From the NCBI RefSeq assembly GCF_006345805.1, contig NW_021834065.1:1-29996 (forward strand): a DNA stretch of 29,996 nucleotides, in the 5' to 3' direction. Below are positions 9,661 to 20,647 of the stretch, one piece after another. The stretch is from Octopus sinensis (taxonomy: Eukaryota). Position 1 is the stretch's first letter. Every line of letters starts with the position of its first letter. The position numbers were made by a program, and so were the translations under genes. The notes beneath the pieces were generated by a model that did no database searches, was not told the origin of the DNA, and saw nothing but the letters and a program-made list of their open reading frames with translations.

Positions 9661-12600
9661 CTTTCAAAAATATTTGGGGAGAATTTTCAAAAAATTGTTA
9701 GGCAAAATTTTCAAATATTTTAGAGCAATCCTCATAAATTATTGAAAATTTTTACCAAAAATTTTTGTTAATTTTCTCAATAATTTTCAAATATTTTGAA
9801 AATTTTTCTCTAATATTTTCTAAAAATTTTTGAAATTTTCCCCTAAAATTTTTTCGTCACAAATTGTTGAAAATTTTTCCCAAAAATTTTTGGAAAATAT
9901 CTTGAAAATTCTTCTCAAAAATTTTTGAAAATTTTATCTAAAAATTTTTGAAAATTTTCCCCTCAATTTTCTTCAAAATTTTCCTCAAACATTTTTTGAA
10001 ACTTTCCAAAAGTTTTTGAAAATTTTCCCCAAAATTTTTGGAAAATTTTCCTCATAAATTTTTGAAAATTTTTACCAAAAATTTTTGAATAATTTTCTCA
10101 CTACTTTTGAAAATTTTAGAGAAACTTTCCTGAAGAATTTTTTAAAATTTTTTTCCAAAAATTTTATAAAAATTTTTTGAAAATTTATCCCACAATTTTT
10201 GAAAATTTTTCCCTAAAATATTTGAAAAATATTTTGAAAATATATCTCAAAAATTTTTGAAAAATTTTTCGTAAAAGTTTATGAAAATTTTCTTCAAAAG
10301 CTTTTGAAAATTTTCCCCAAAATTTTTGGAAAATTTTCCTCATAAATTTTTGAAAATTTTCCTCATAAATTTTTGAAAATTTTTCTCAAAAATTTTTGAA
10401 AATTTTTCCAAAAGTTTTTGAAAAATTTTTGAAAATTTATCTCAAATTTTTGAAAATTTTTCCTAAAAGTTTATGAAAATTTTCTTCAAAAGCTTTTGAA
10501 AATTTTCCCCAAAAATTTGAAAAATTTTGTTTCCCAAAAATTTTTGAAAAATTTTTTGAAACTTTTCCTAAAACTTTTGAGAAATTTTTTGAAAATTTTC
10601 CTCAGAAATTTTTGAAAATTTTTCCAAAAACTTTTGAAAATTTTCAAAAATATTTTGAAAATTTTAAAAATATTTTGAAAATTTTTCTCAAAAATTTTTG
10701 AAAATTTTTTATAAAAATTTTTGAAAATTTTTCCCTAAAATTTTTTGAAAATTTTCCTCAAAAATTTTTTGAAATTTCCCAAAAGTTTTGAAAAATTGTT
10801 TTCCCCAAAATTTTTGTAAAATTTTCCTCATAAATTTTTGAAAATTTTTACCAAAAAGTTTTGAATAATTTTTTCACTAATTTTGAAAATTTTTCCAAAA
10901 GTTTTTGAAAAATTTTTGGAAAATTTTCCATAAAAACTTTAGACAAACTTTCCTCAAAAATTTTTTTTAATTTTTCCAAAAAAATTTTTTTTATTTTTTT
11001 GAAAATTTATCCCACAAATTTTTGAAAACTTTCCCCCAAAACGTTAGATAAATTTTTGAAAATTTTTGAAATTTTCCTCCAAAATTTTTGAAAACTTTCC
11101 CCCAAAATTTTAGATAAAATTTTGAAAATTTTCACCAAAATTTTTGTAAAATTTTCCTCATAAATTATTGAAAATTTTTACCAAAAATTTTTGAATACTT
11201 TTTTCACTAATTTTGAAAAGTTTTCCAAAAGTTTTTGAAAAATTTTTGGAAAATTTTCCATAAAAACTTTAGACAAACTTTCCTCAAAAATTTTTTTTAA
11301 TTTTTCCTAAAAATTTTTCTTCAAAAGCTGTGGAAAATTTTCCCCAAAAATTTTTGAAAAATTTTGCTAAAAATTTTTGAAAAATTTTTTGAAAATTTAT
11401 CCCACAAATTTTTGAAAACTTTCCCCCAAAATTTTCCTCCAAAATTTTTGAAAACTTTCCCCCAAAATTTTAGATAAATTTTTGAAAATTTTCACCAAAA
11501 TTTTTGTAAAATTTTCCTCATAAATTATTGAAAATTTTTACCAAAAATTTTTGAATAATTTTCTCAATTTTTGAAAAGAGCTTTTGAAAATTTCCAAAAA
11601 TCTTTTGAGAAATTTTTTGAAAATTTTCCTCACAAATTTTTTGAAATTTCCCAAAAGTTTTTTGAAAATTTTCAACAGAATTTTTGGAAAATTTTCCCCA
11701 AAATTTTGTAAAATTTTCCTCAAATTTTTGAAAATTTTTACCAAAATGTTTTGAATAATTTTTTCACCAATTTTGAAAATTTTTCCAAAAGTTTTTGAAA
11801 AATTTTTGGAAAATTTTCCCCAAAAATTTTAGACAAACTTTCCTCAAAAATTTTTCTTAAATTTTTCCAAAAAATTTTTGAAAAATATTTTGAAAATTTT
11901 CCTCTCAAATTTTTGAAAAATTTTTCCGAAAAATTATTGAAAAATTTTTTGAAACTTTTCCGAAAAACTTTTGAAAAATTTTTGAAAAATTTTTTGAAAA
12001 TTTTCCCCAAAACTCTGTGAAAAATTTTTGGAAAATTTCCCTCACAAAATTTTTGAAAATTTTTCTCAATAATTTGGAAAATTTTCCCCAAAAATTTGGA
12101 AACTTTCCTCAAAAATTTTTTGAAAATTTTCCTCAAAAATTTTTTGAAAAATTTTTCCCAAAAATTTTCTGAAAAGTTTCCCCCCAAATTTTTTTTTATT
12201 TTTTACAAAAATTTTTTGAGAATTTTCCTGAAAATGTTTTCAAATAGGTGTGCAAGGTATTATGAAGATTTACAAACATACTGTCTTAGTGAATCTCAAT
12301 ATACCTACCATTATGTATGAAATCAAATGTTCCTTTCCGGACTTTTCATAATATGATACAGGTCCTTGTTATATTAATTGCATGCGGCTGAAGAGAGCTT
12401 TAAACCATCTGTTATGTCAATTATACATTGATGAAAGAATAAGTTGTTTTATAAAGCTTGAAGCACGTGTACCGCGACATCATTTGTGTTCTGTTTTTTA
12501 TTTCATTTGATACATATATCTTCTCACCTCTGCAACTAGCTGGCATATACAGGTGCTTACATTTATCAAGCATTCACCCTGAATTTATATATATATATGA

Positions 12601-13271
12601 CAGATATGGTCTCCTTGTGAGGAGACCATTCAAAAAAATTTTGATAGATAGATAGATAGATACATACATACATACATGAAGGCAATTAATTAGTAGAGTT
12701 ATTAAAAGTGTTGTATAGAATGCCTCTCTGTGTTTGTTCCATCTCTCCGTACTCCCAATTCAAATTCCATGTCTTTACCAAATGGTTACTCTTCGTGAAG
12801 AGTTGCAATTGACAGTGTCCACAATATTTACCACTCTCTCTCTCTCTCTCTCATAAATATCATCATCATCATCAACATCATCATCATCATATATATATAT
12901 ATATATATATGTCCTGGGATGCATCGTCAGTGAAGTTTCTTAGGTGGCAGGGGATTTCTGGTCTTTCAACATCTGATACCCTCACCCAGTTGACTCATTC
13001 GGGCTTGATAGAATCTCACCTTGCATCCCAGAAGCAGCAAAGCACTAGTTTACTCTCTTTATATAAAGCCTCCTAGTGTCTTTCTCTACACCTTCAGTAA
13101 TGAAATTTATATCTCTCCTCTTTTGTACGCCAATAACATAAAATGTGAAGCTTTGAGAATGACTATATATTTATTTAACCATATGACTTTCATAGCATTA
13201 TACTTGTTACAGAATAATTTAATCACTCGGATTGTCAGGACTTTTGGATACATGGCTACTTGACATTACAC

Positions 13272-13387
13272 TACTTCATAATTGTTTACTACGTGGACCG
13301 ATAACCTTATCTCATTCAAAGAGCTATTACAGTAAGCTCTTCTGACAGATAAAGTTATCGGCTCACGTAATAAACAATTATGAAGTA
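13272..13387. repeat. ~116-bp palindrome, MITE-like
   Basis: tacttcataattgtttactacgtggaccgataaccttatct...gagct pairs with agctc...agataaagttatcggctcacgtaataaacaattatgaagta, around a 9-nt loop. Confidence 0.85.
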
Positions 13388-15915
13388 TATAATTTTGCAT
13401 GCTTTAAGTCCATCATGTATTGTAGATCAAGTATAACGACTAAGTTTTAACAAGTAGTATTTATAAATATGTAATAATAAATCGAGGAATATATTATTAA
13501 TTACAGATAGAAAAGTGGAGTGGGTGGAAAAATGCTAGTTGTGTGTATACTGTGAGAATAGATAAGATAAATGAGGATAAGTATAAAATTTCTTCGTTGA
13601 ATGGAAATAAGGAAAATACTTTATTGCATTTCTGTTAAACAAATTCATTTATCAAAGACCTTACAGAATTGTCGTGGCTACCCATGGGAGACTGACACAA
13701 TACGCATATCTATACATAAACACGTTGACGTTGACATAGATTTATATGAAAGGAACAATATGCATACATACACATATCTATTTAAATAGAGCAGAAAGAA
13801 GATGCTTTGAGAATATGCTACCGGTTTCAATCACTTAAGACGATGATATTATCCAGCTGATATAAAAGGAAAAATAAAATGATATCAGTTCTGGAAATTC
13901 AATTTTATTTTATTTTACAAAATCTACATGGTGCTGATGTTTCGTTTCTTATTAATTACTGCAGATTCGTGGTAGCAACAGCAGTATGAGTAGCAGTTGG
14001 TAGTATTGCGGCAAGAGTGGCTGTCGGAAATAGCAAGAATGCTAGTGGTTATGGTAGTTATTTTTCGGCCTGAATAGCAGCAATAGTAACGGTGTGAGCT
14101 CAGTAGGGTTGGCAGTAGTTGTCTGTCTTTTTCGTTCACGGATATTTTAATGTGGTTTGTATTAGGCCATGAAAGTTGTTTCCTTCCTGCAATCACCTAT
14201 ATTATTGATTCTGTTATTATCATTACACAGAGTCAATGATATCTTTGCAAATTATTTTTTCGGGAATTATTTTTCTCGTGAATTGTTTGCTCCGTATTGA
14301 AATTATTTTCACACTAGTGGCTGCAAATGATTTCGGTGCAAAACGAATCAGTTGCAGCGCAGACTTCAACATGACGGATTGGGGCTCCGTATCATGATAA
14401 CGCATGCTGAAGAAGGTTAGGCTATTATTCCAGTCCAGAAACCGGTCCACGTGAATCCAAATACTTGAATGTATGCTGAGAGATTGTGTTGGCCCGTTTG
14501 CCTTTGGACGGTTAATTTCTGTAGTTATTATCAGTGTATTTTGGCAATTTAAAAAAGAGATTTGTCTGTTATTTCCAGCAGGTAGACATGCTTAGTATTT
14601 CTTTTGATTAATTTTCATCGTTCAGCTATTTAACGCTTTTTTGGGGCCTGCAATCGCCTATATTATTGATTCTGTAATTATAATTTTTAAAATTGTTATA
14701 CTAGATAATAACAGAGTTAATTAATTTTTCCTGAATTATTTTTCTCGTGAATTGTTTGCTCTGTGTGCACACACACACACACACACTTCTTTCCAGTAGT
14801 CAGTTTTGATATTCAGTTTAATTGTAGCTTCAGCATTTAATCCCTTAAAGTTTACAGACAGCTTATATAACACTTTTTCAATGCAAACTATTTCAAAGAA
14901 TTTAGTAGCTTTATTAAATGTGCCATTTTCAAAAGGAGTTGATAAACTGGTAAAAAAAAAAAATAAATAAACAGTGATAAAACCAGAAAAATATTTTGGC
15001 AAAAAACAAATCAGTTCTTGAAAAATTTCTGAAGTTAAAGAAAGGAGAGTTTATGCACCCATTTATATAAACTTAATATATATATATTAAAGACGACTTT
15101 ACATACAAACTGAGAACAAATATAGTACAGGCTTTTTTCCTTGCTAAGGTTTCCCAGAGACACAACAGAACATATTTAATCAGGCAGATATAACAAGAAT
15201 TATAAGAAAACGTTTTTATTTCCAGCCATTCTGTATGTGTGCATACACCCCCCAACAAAATAAAAGTATAGGGCTCACCCATATATTCTCCAATATCCAT
15301 TGCTAGTGACTATCATAGTTATTAGCTACATATTTAAGAAAGAAACTCATTTCTTTTCTAGCTGGAATCTTTAGTATATCAGCTTATAGTTTTACTGCAT
15401 TTTACTGGCTGTTTTTTGTAAAGGAGAGAAGCCTTATAGAAATGGTCTTTCGTTATTAACTTATATATCTTTTATTTAAAAAAGGTTCATTTCACTTTCT
15501 ATAACTATTTTTAGCATGTCATTTAATTTTTATGCCAAATTTTAATCCTTTTATATTTCCAGTCTGCTGTTTGATATTTTGCATCATCTTTGGTACTAAA
15601 TATTTCAGAGAGTATAGTAGCTCTATTAATCGCATTACATTCGACAATAATTGGCAAAAATGTAAGATGATAAAAGTTAAAATCTTTGAAAATCATAATT
15701 CATACATAGTGATGTTGATGAGTGGATGCCTTTTAAAGACGTCAGTTGCAAGGATAATTACAGAAGAAAATATGATGGGCTAGCATCATTTTGGAACACA
15801 CATCTGAGATTAGCCAATCAAAATATCTTATAATGTCTGCCTGTCTCTGTTTCTCTCTCTCTCTCCTTTTGTGTGTGTATGTGTGTATATATGTGTGTGT
15901 ATATATATATATATT

Positions 15916-15948
<33 letters not shown>

Positions 15949-16041
15949 GTATTTGTGTGAGTGTATATATATATATATATATATACATTCATGAATTTGT
16001 TTTGCAAGATTCTTGATGTGAAATAGTGTGTTGAAACCTAG

Positions 16042-16355
16042 TTATATTTTGGGATTGCCATTTATTTTCTTGCCAAATAAACACACACACTATATATTCG
16101 TTCTTCATGTGTTTATTATTGTTCTTATTTTATCTTATGTCATTGTCTGAAAATCTTCATCACACATGTGACCTGTTTCAGAACAGAAGGATACACGTGG
16201 GATGGCAGAGTCACTGAAGAGGTCAAAGATGTGTGATGAAATATTTCCAGTTAATAGACACAAGATAAAATAAGAACAATAATAAATGAGTGAAGAATGA
16301 ATATACAGCGAGTGTATTTATATGGCAAGAAAAAAATGACAATCCCAAAATATAA
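16042..16355. repeat. 314-bp foldback (inverted arms of ~140 bp, ~30-nt spacer)
   Basis: The left arm ttatattttgggattgccatt...catcacacat-gtgacctgtttcag matches the reverse complement of the right arm at roughly 80% by eye. Confidence 0.85.
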
Positions 16356-16368
16356 ATGTATATATACA

Positions 16369-16557
16369 TGTTTCAGTCATTAGACTGTGGCCACGCTGGA
16401 GTACCATCTTGAAGAAATTTTAGTTGAATGAACCAGCCCCAGTACTTACTTTTTTAGAGCCTGGTATTTATTCTATTAGTCTCTTTTGCTGAACTGCTAA
16501 GTTATGAAAAACATACCAACACCAGTTGTCAGCCAATGGTGGGAGACACAAACATAT
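16369..16557 (-). mobile_element. Degenerate SINE 3' domain
   Basis: tgtttcagtcattagactgtggccacgctggag... is homologous to the tail region of 502-865. Confidence 0.7.
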
Positions 16558-16774
16558 ACCCATATATTTATAAGGGTTGATCAACAATGTCACAAAACAA
16601 TAGCTGTCATTTAACTTGCTAGAAATAGAAGCCAAAGCTACCTCTCTCTCAAATTTCAATCTAGTCTCCCTTTTTTTATATCAATTTTTCTTTTACGGTC
16701 AAAGTTGGTGATGTAGTCCAGGATCTACTATCTGCAAACAGAAAAGAACAAAAAATTTGCTAAATAGGTGAAAG

Positions 16775-16910
16775 TATGGTTGGCTGCAACCATGTGGTTT
16801 CAGGTTCAGTCCTACTGCACAGCAATTTGTGCGAATATCTTCTACTATAACCCTAGGCTGACCAATGCCTTCTGAGTGAATTTGGTTGATGGAAACTGTG
16901 GAAGTGCATT
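16775..16910 (+). mobile_element. Degenerate SINE 5' (tRNA/CORE) domain
   Basis: ggttcagtcctactgc...tcttctactataaccctaggctgaccaatgcc is homologous to 17350-17460. Confidence 0.7.
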
Positions 16911-17017
16911 ATATATAACATTATAGTTTTAATGTACACTTTTCTATGCTTGCATGTATCATGCAGGATTTGTTGAGACAAATTTTTTAGGGCCAGATGT
17001 CCATATACATATATATA

Positions 17018-17210
17018 TCATCATCATCATCATCATTTAACGTCTGATTTCCATGCTGGTATGGGTTAGACAGTTTGACTGAAACTGGTAAGCCGGAGAG
17101 CTGCACCAAATTCCACTCTGATTTAGCATAATTTTTATGGCTGGATGCTCTTCCTAACACCACCCACTCCAAGAGTGTAATGAGTACTTTTTAAGTACCA
17201 CTAGCATGGG
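17018..17210 (-). mobile_element. SINE with (TGA)n tail, degenerate
   Basis: (atc)n-tttaacgtc..ttccatgctgg..ggatgctcttcctaacacc is homologous to the reverse complement of 28470-28617. Confidence 0.65.
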
Positions 17211-17303
17211 TGTACATGTGTCCTTCTGCATTGTACTTGACAACCAGTGTTGGTTTATTTGCATCCCCATAACTAGTGGTTCAGCAAAAAAACCAGTAGG
17301 ATA

Positions 17304-17472
17304 GGTGTAGGAGTGGCTGCATGGTAAGTAGCTTGCTTACAAACTACATGATTCTGGGTTCAGTCCCACTGCATGGCACCTTGTGTAAGTGTCTTCTACT
17401 ATAGCCTCGGGTCAACCAAAGCCTTGTAAGTGGATTTGGTAGATGAAAACTGAAAGAAGCCCATCGTATGTA

Positions 17473-17537
<65 letters not shown>

Positions 17538-17750
17538 ATGTTTGTGTGTCTGTGTTTGTCCCCCCAACATCGCTTGACAACCAATGCTGGTGTGTTTACG
17601 TCCCCGTAACTTAGTGGTTCGGCAAAAGAGACTGATAGAATAAGTACTAGGCTTCCAAAGAATAAGTCCTGGGGTCGATGTGCTTGACTAAAGGTGGTGC
17701 TCCAGCATGGCCACAGTTAAATTATTGCAACAAGTAAAAGAGTAAAGAAA
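17304..17750 (+). mobile_element. Near full-length tRNA-derived CORE-type SINE
   Basis: Head ggagtggctgcatggtaagtagc..ctgggttcagtccc, CORE-like accttgtgtaagtgtcttc, internal microsatellite, 3' domain and agtaaaagagtaaag tail. Confidence 0.88.
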
Positions 17751-17764
17751 GAATAATTACCAGA

Positions 17765-17875
17765 CTTGAAATGAATAAGTAATGGGGTTGATTTGTGTGA
17801 CAAGAACTCTTCAAGGCAGTGCCCCAGTATGACCGGCCACAGTCAAGTGACTGAAACAATTAAATGATAAAAAGA
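17765..17875 (+). mobile_element. SINE 3' end fragment
   Basis: gaataagtaatggggttgat...ggcagtgccccagtatg..ggccacagtcaagtgactgaaacaa. Confidence 0.6.
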
Positions 17876-18006
17876 TATGTTTCCAGAAGGAGAACATCAT
17901 TAATATCATAGCTTGACTCAGTGGTATAAAGGTGACCACACCTCGGGCTAAACAAGATGGACAAAGACGAATAAGTCAAAAGGCATTTAAAACAAAGTGA
18001 TTATTA

Positions 18007-18245
18007 ATTTTAAAAAATAGGAAAGAAGGATGAAACAAAGTAAGTAATGTATGAGAGAGAGAGAGAGGGAGAGAGAGAGAGAGAGGGAGAGAGAGAGGGG
18101 AAAGGGAAATCGAAAAAGAAACACAAGAACAAGTTTATAGTTTTTGATCTGTTTTATTAGTACTTAAATAAACATTTGAAATCCTTTTTTTCTTAGTTAT
18201 GTTCCAATATAAAATGATAAACGAACAACAAACATTGTAACAAAC

Positions 18246-18279
<34 letters not shown>

Positions 18280-18440
18280 GTAGAGGCGGTGGTGGCAAAA
18301 ATCATTTCCATTGACACTATATAAAGACTGATAAAGAGAAAGAGAGAGAGGGTAATTGAAGGTGGAGAGGCAGGAAGTGTGGATTGGAAGAGCAACTAAA
18401 TTAAAGAAGTATAGCTAGTCTTACAGGATTTGGTAGTTGA

Positions 18441-18443
<3 letters not shown>
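18007..18443 (-). repeat. Unclassified interspersed repeat, copy B
   Basis: Inverted homolog of 5131-5656, also flanked by TA and GA/CT microsatellites. Confidence 0.85.
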
Positions 18444-18475
<32 letters not shown>

Positions 18476-18589
18476 TATGTTATATATATATATATGTTAT
18501 ATATATATATATATATGTATGTATATATATGTATATATATGTATGTATATAAATGTATATATATATACATGTATGTATATATATATATG

Positions 18590-18622
<33 letters not shown>

Positions 18623-18725
18623 TATATATATATACGTATATATGTTTATATATATGTATATATGTATATATATGTATATGATATATGTATATATGTATAT
18701 ATATATATGTATGTATATATATATG

Positions 18726-18769
<44 letters not shown>

Positions 18770-18860
18770 ATATTATATAGACGTGTGTGTGTGTACATAT
18801 AGATAGATGTCTCTGTGTATATATATATATAATATATATATACGTGTATATATAAATGTA
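18441..18860. repeat. Long interrupted (TA)n/(TATG) microsatellite; similar tracts at 866-965, 2340-2610, 4920-5130, 27085-27300 and 29330-29720
   Basis: Direct reading. Confidence 0.95.
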
Positions 18861-19164
18861 TGTAGACTGAATAAAATGGATATTATTGTTTATCACTTTT
18901 TAATTGCATATGAAGAGAGGTAGAACAGAAGGAAAAAAAAGATAGATGACAAAATTTTCATGAAAATGATGAAAAACAATGCAAAAATATATTAGGTTTT
19001 GTGTTTGTTTTGTCCTGGTTTGACATTTAAATGAAGACTTAATTGAATTTGTAATCAAAATTGACAAAATGAAACTTTGTGTCAATAATTATGCAGCTGG
19101 TATTTCTGCGTATATGTATATATGAGTGTATGTCTGTCTGTGCATATATATATATATATAATAT

Positions 19165-19430
19165 ATATATTCTTTTTTTACATATGTGTGTATTAATATA
19201 TATATACATACATACATATATTCTATTTTTACATATGTGTGTATTGGTATGTATATATATATATATATATAATATATATATATATATACATATATTCTAT
19301 TTTTACATATGTGTGTATTAATATATATATATATACATATATTCTATTTTTACATATGTGTGTATTGATATATATATATATATATACATATATTCTATTT
19401 TTACATATGTGTGTATTAATATATATATAT
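19165..19430. repeat. Compound minisatellite: 5 copies of ATATTCTATTTTTACATATGTGTGTATT separated by variable (TA)n
   Basis: Copies start near 19167, 19218, 19293, 19338 and 19389. Confidence 0.85.
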
Positions 19431-19509
19431 ATATATATATATAAAATTTCATTTTCATATTTTTTTATCAATATGTATACTGACACATATATGTACATTG
19501 TGTATGAAC

Positions 19510-19540
<31 letters not shown>

Positions 19541-20647
19541 AATATATATATATTGACAACTTTATAAAAATAGATCAATGTTTGTGTGTGTGTGTGTGTG
19601 TGTGTGTAGTAACTACTACAGTATGGGAAACCCATTTTAGCTATGTAAAAACTTACAAAAATGGTATAATTATATTACATTTATTTCATGATGTGCCAAT
19701 TTTTTTTGTTGCAATAGTGCATCCTGGTCACACATTTACACTATAACTGCTTAGAACTTAGTTTACTAGTGAGTTTATATAGAGCATAAGATTATTTTTC
19801 TTCTCTTTGTTGATATTAATGACATATCTTTTATTTAGATGCTGCTAGACCTCTTGACATTAGTAACTTCATAGTTCTCTTCTTCCATGAGTTTGAAAGC
19901 TTGTTTATATAATAATTTCTACCATTCCTCATATTTTTTCTATTTTCATTTTCTTGCTTGACATTTTGATTACGTGTTGTATCAGAACATTAGCTTGACC
20001 CAAGTCTTGTGAAGGAAAGTGCATAGATAGAACCTGTAGGAGCTTGACTGGAGAATCAGATAATCCAGACTTCTTGCAACACTGTGTAATGCTAAATCCA
20101 CCTAAGTATTACTTTAAAGTTACTATTGTCTGTGGAATGCTCAGGTACTTGCACTTTAATTCGATGAAGAGACAGTGCACTTGACTGACCAATTAGATTA
20201 TTCATCAATAAAATGGATAGACATCCATTTATTGTATTATCATCATCTTCATCATCGTTTTAAAGTTTACTTTTCCATGCTTGCAGAATTCTGATGAGAG
20301 TATATTGAGGCAAAGTTTCCTGTGCAATGATGACCTCCTGGATGCAAACCTGCACTGGTTCCCAAGTCAGGTTATAACAAATAGCCTTATTAGGGTTATG
20401 CTGAGAGGTGGAAACAAATGACACTGTATGAATGAACCTTTTGTTTACAAAAGTCGTGCAACATGTCAAACAGCAGCATCTCCATGAAAAGTGAGGCCAT
20501 TGTTTTACAAACAGAAAAATTTATATATTTATATATATTTAAATAATGAGGGAGATAAATTAAATATTAATTTAATTAATTTCAATTTAAAACCAGTAGC
20601 CTAGCATATAAAAAATCTGAAAAATCATAAAAACTTTCAATACATGA

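Larger units (their letters stand above)
5657..12243. repeat. 6.6-kb hierarchical ~10-bp-periodic satellite array
   Basis: Arms are built from GAAAATTTTC / TTTTGAAAA variants. It includes three GC-rich cores, ~330-bp internal repeats and a ~2.7-kb duplication. Confidence 0.95.

Noticed and set aside
5702-12320. K/F/L/I-rich amphipathic ORFs resembling cationic antimicrobial peptides, and 10-aa repeat ORFs (LPEIAGNCRR)
   Set aside because: They are a by-product of the 10-bp periodic DNA. Overlapping frames give permuted peptides, and the duplicate copy is frameshifted.
12606-12629. Perfect 10-bp hairpin ATGGTCTCCT-tgtg-AGGAGACCAT
   Set aside because: It is isolated, has no Helitron CTRR end or histone stem-loop match, and is compatible with chance.
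12915-13030. 10-bp inverted repeats CTGGGATGCA...TGCATCCCAG as MITE TIRs
   Set aside because: No TSD is visible and there is no second copy.
14196-14763. ~100-bp imperfect direct repeats at 14196-14297 and 14657-14763 as LTRs
   Set aside because: No TG...CA ends, PBS or PPT. It is more likely a small local duplication.
15043-15058. Exact 16-bp match AGGAGAGTTTATGCAC to the array start (5657-5672)
   Set aside because: It is in direct orientation with no extension on either side, so it is close to chance expectation in AT-biased sequence.
19165-19430. CRISPR-like repeat/spacer pattern (also 29762-29996)
   Set aside because: The spacers are (TA)n or absent, there are no cas genes, and the context is eukaryotic.
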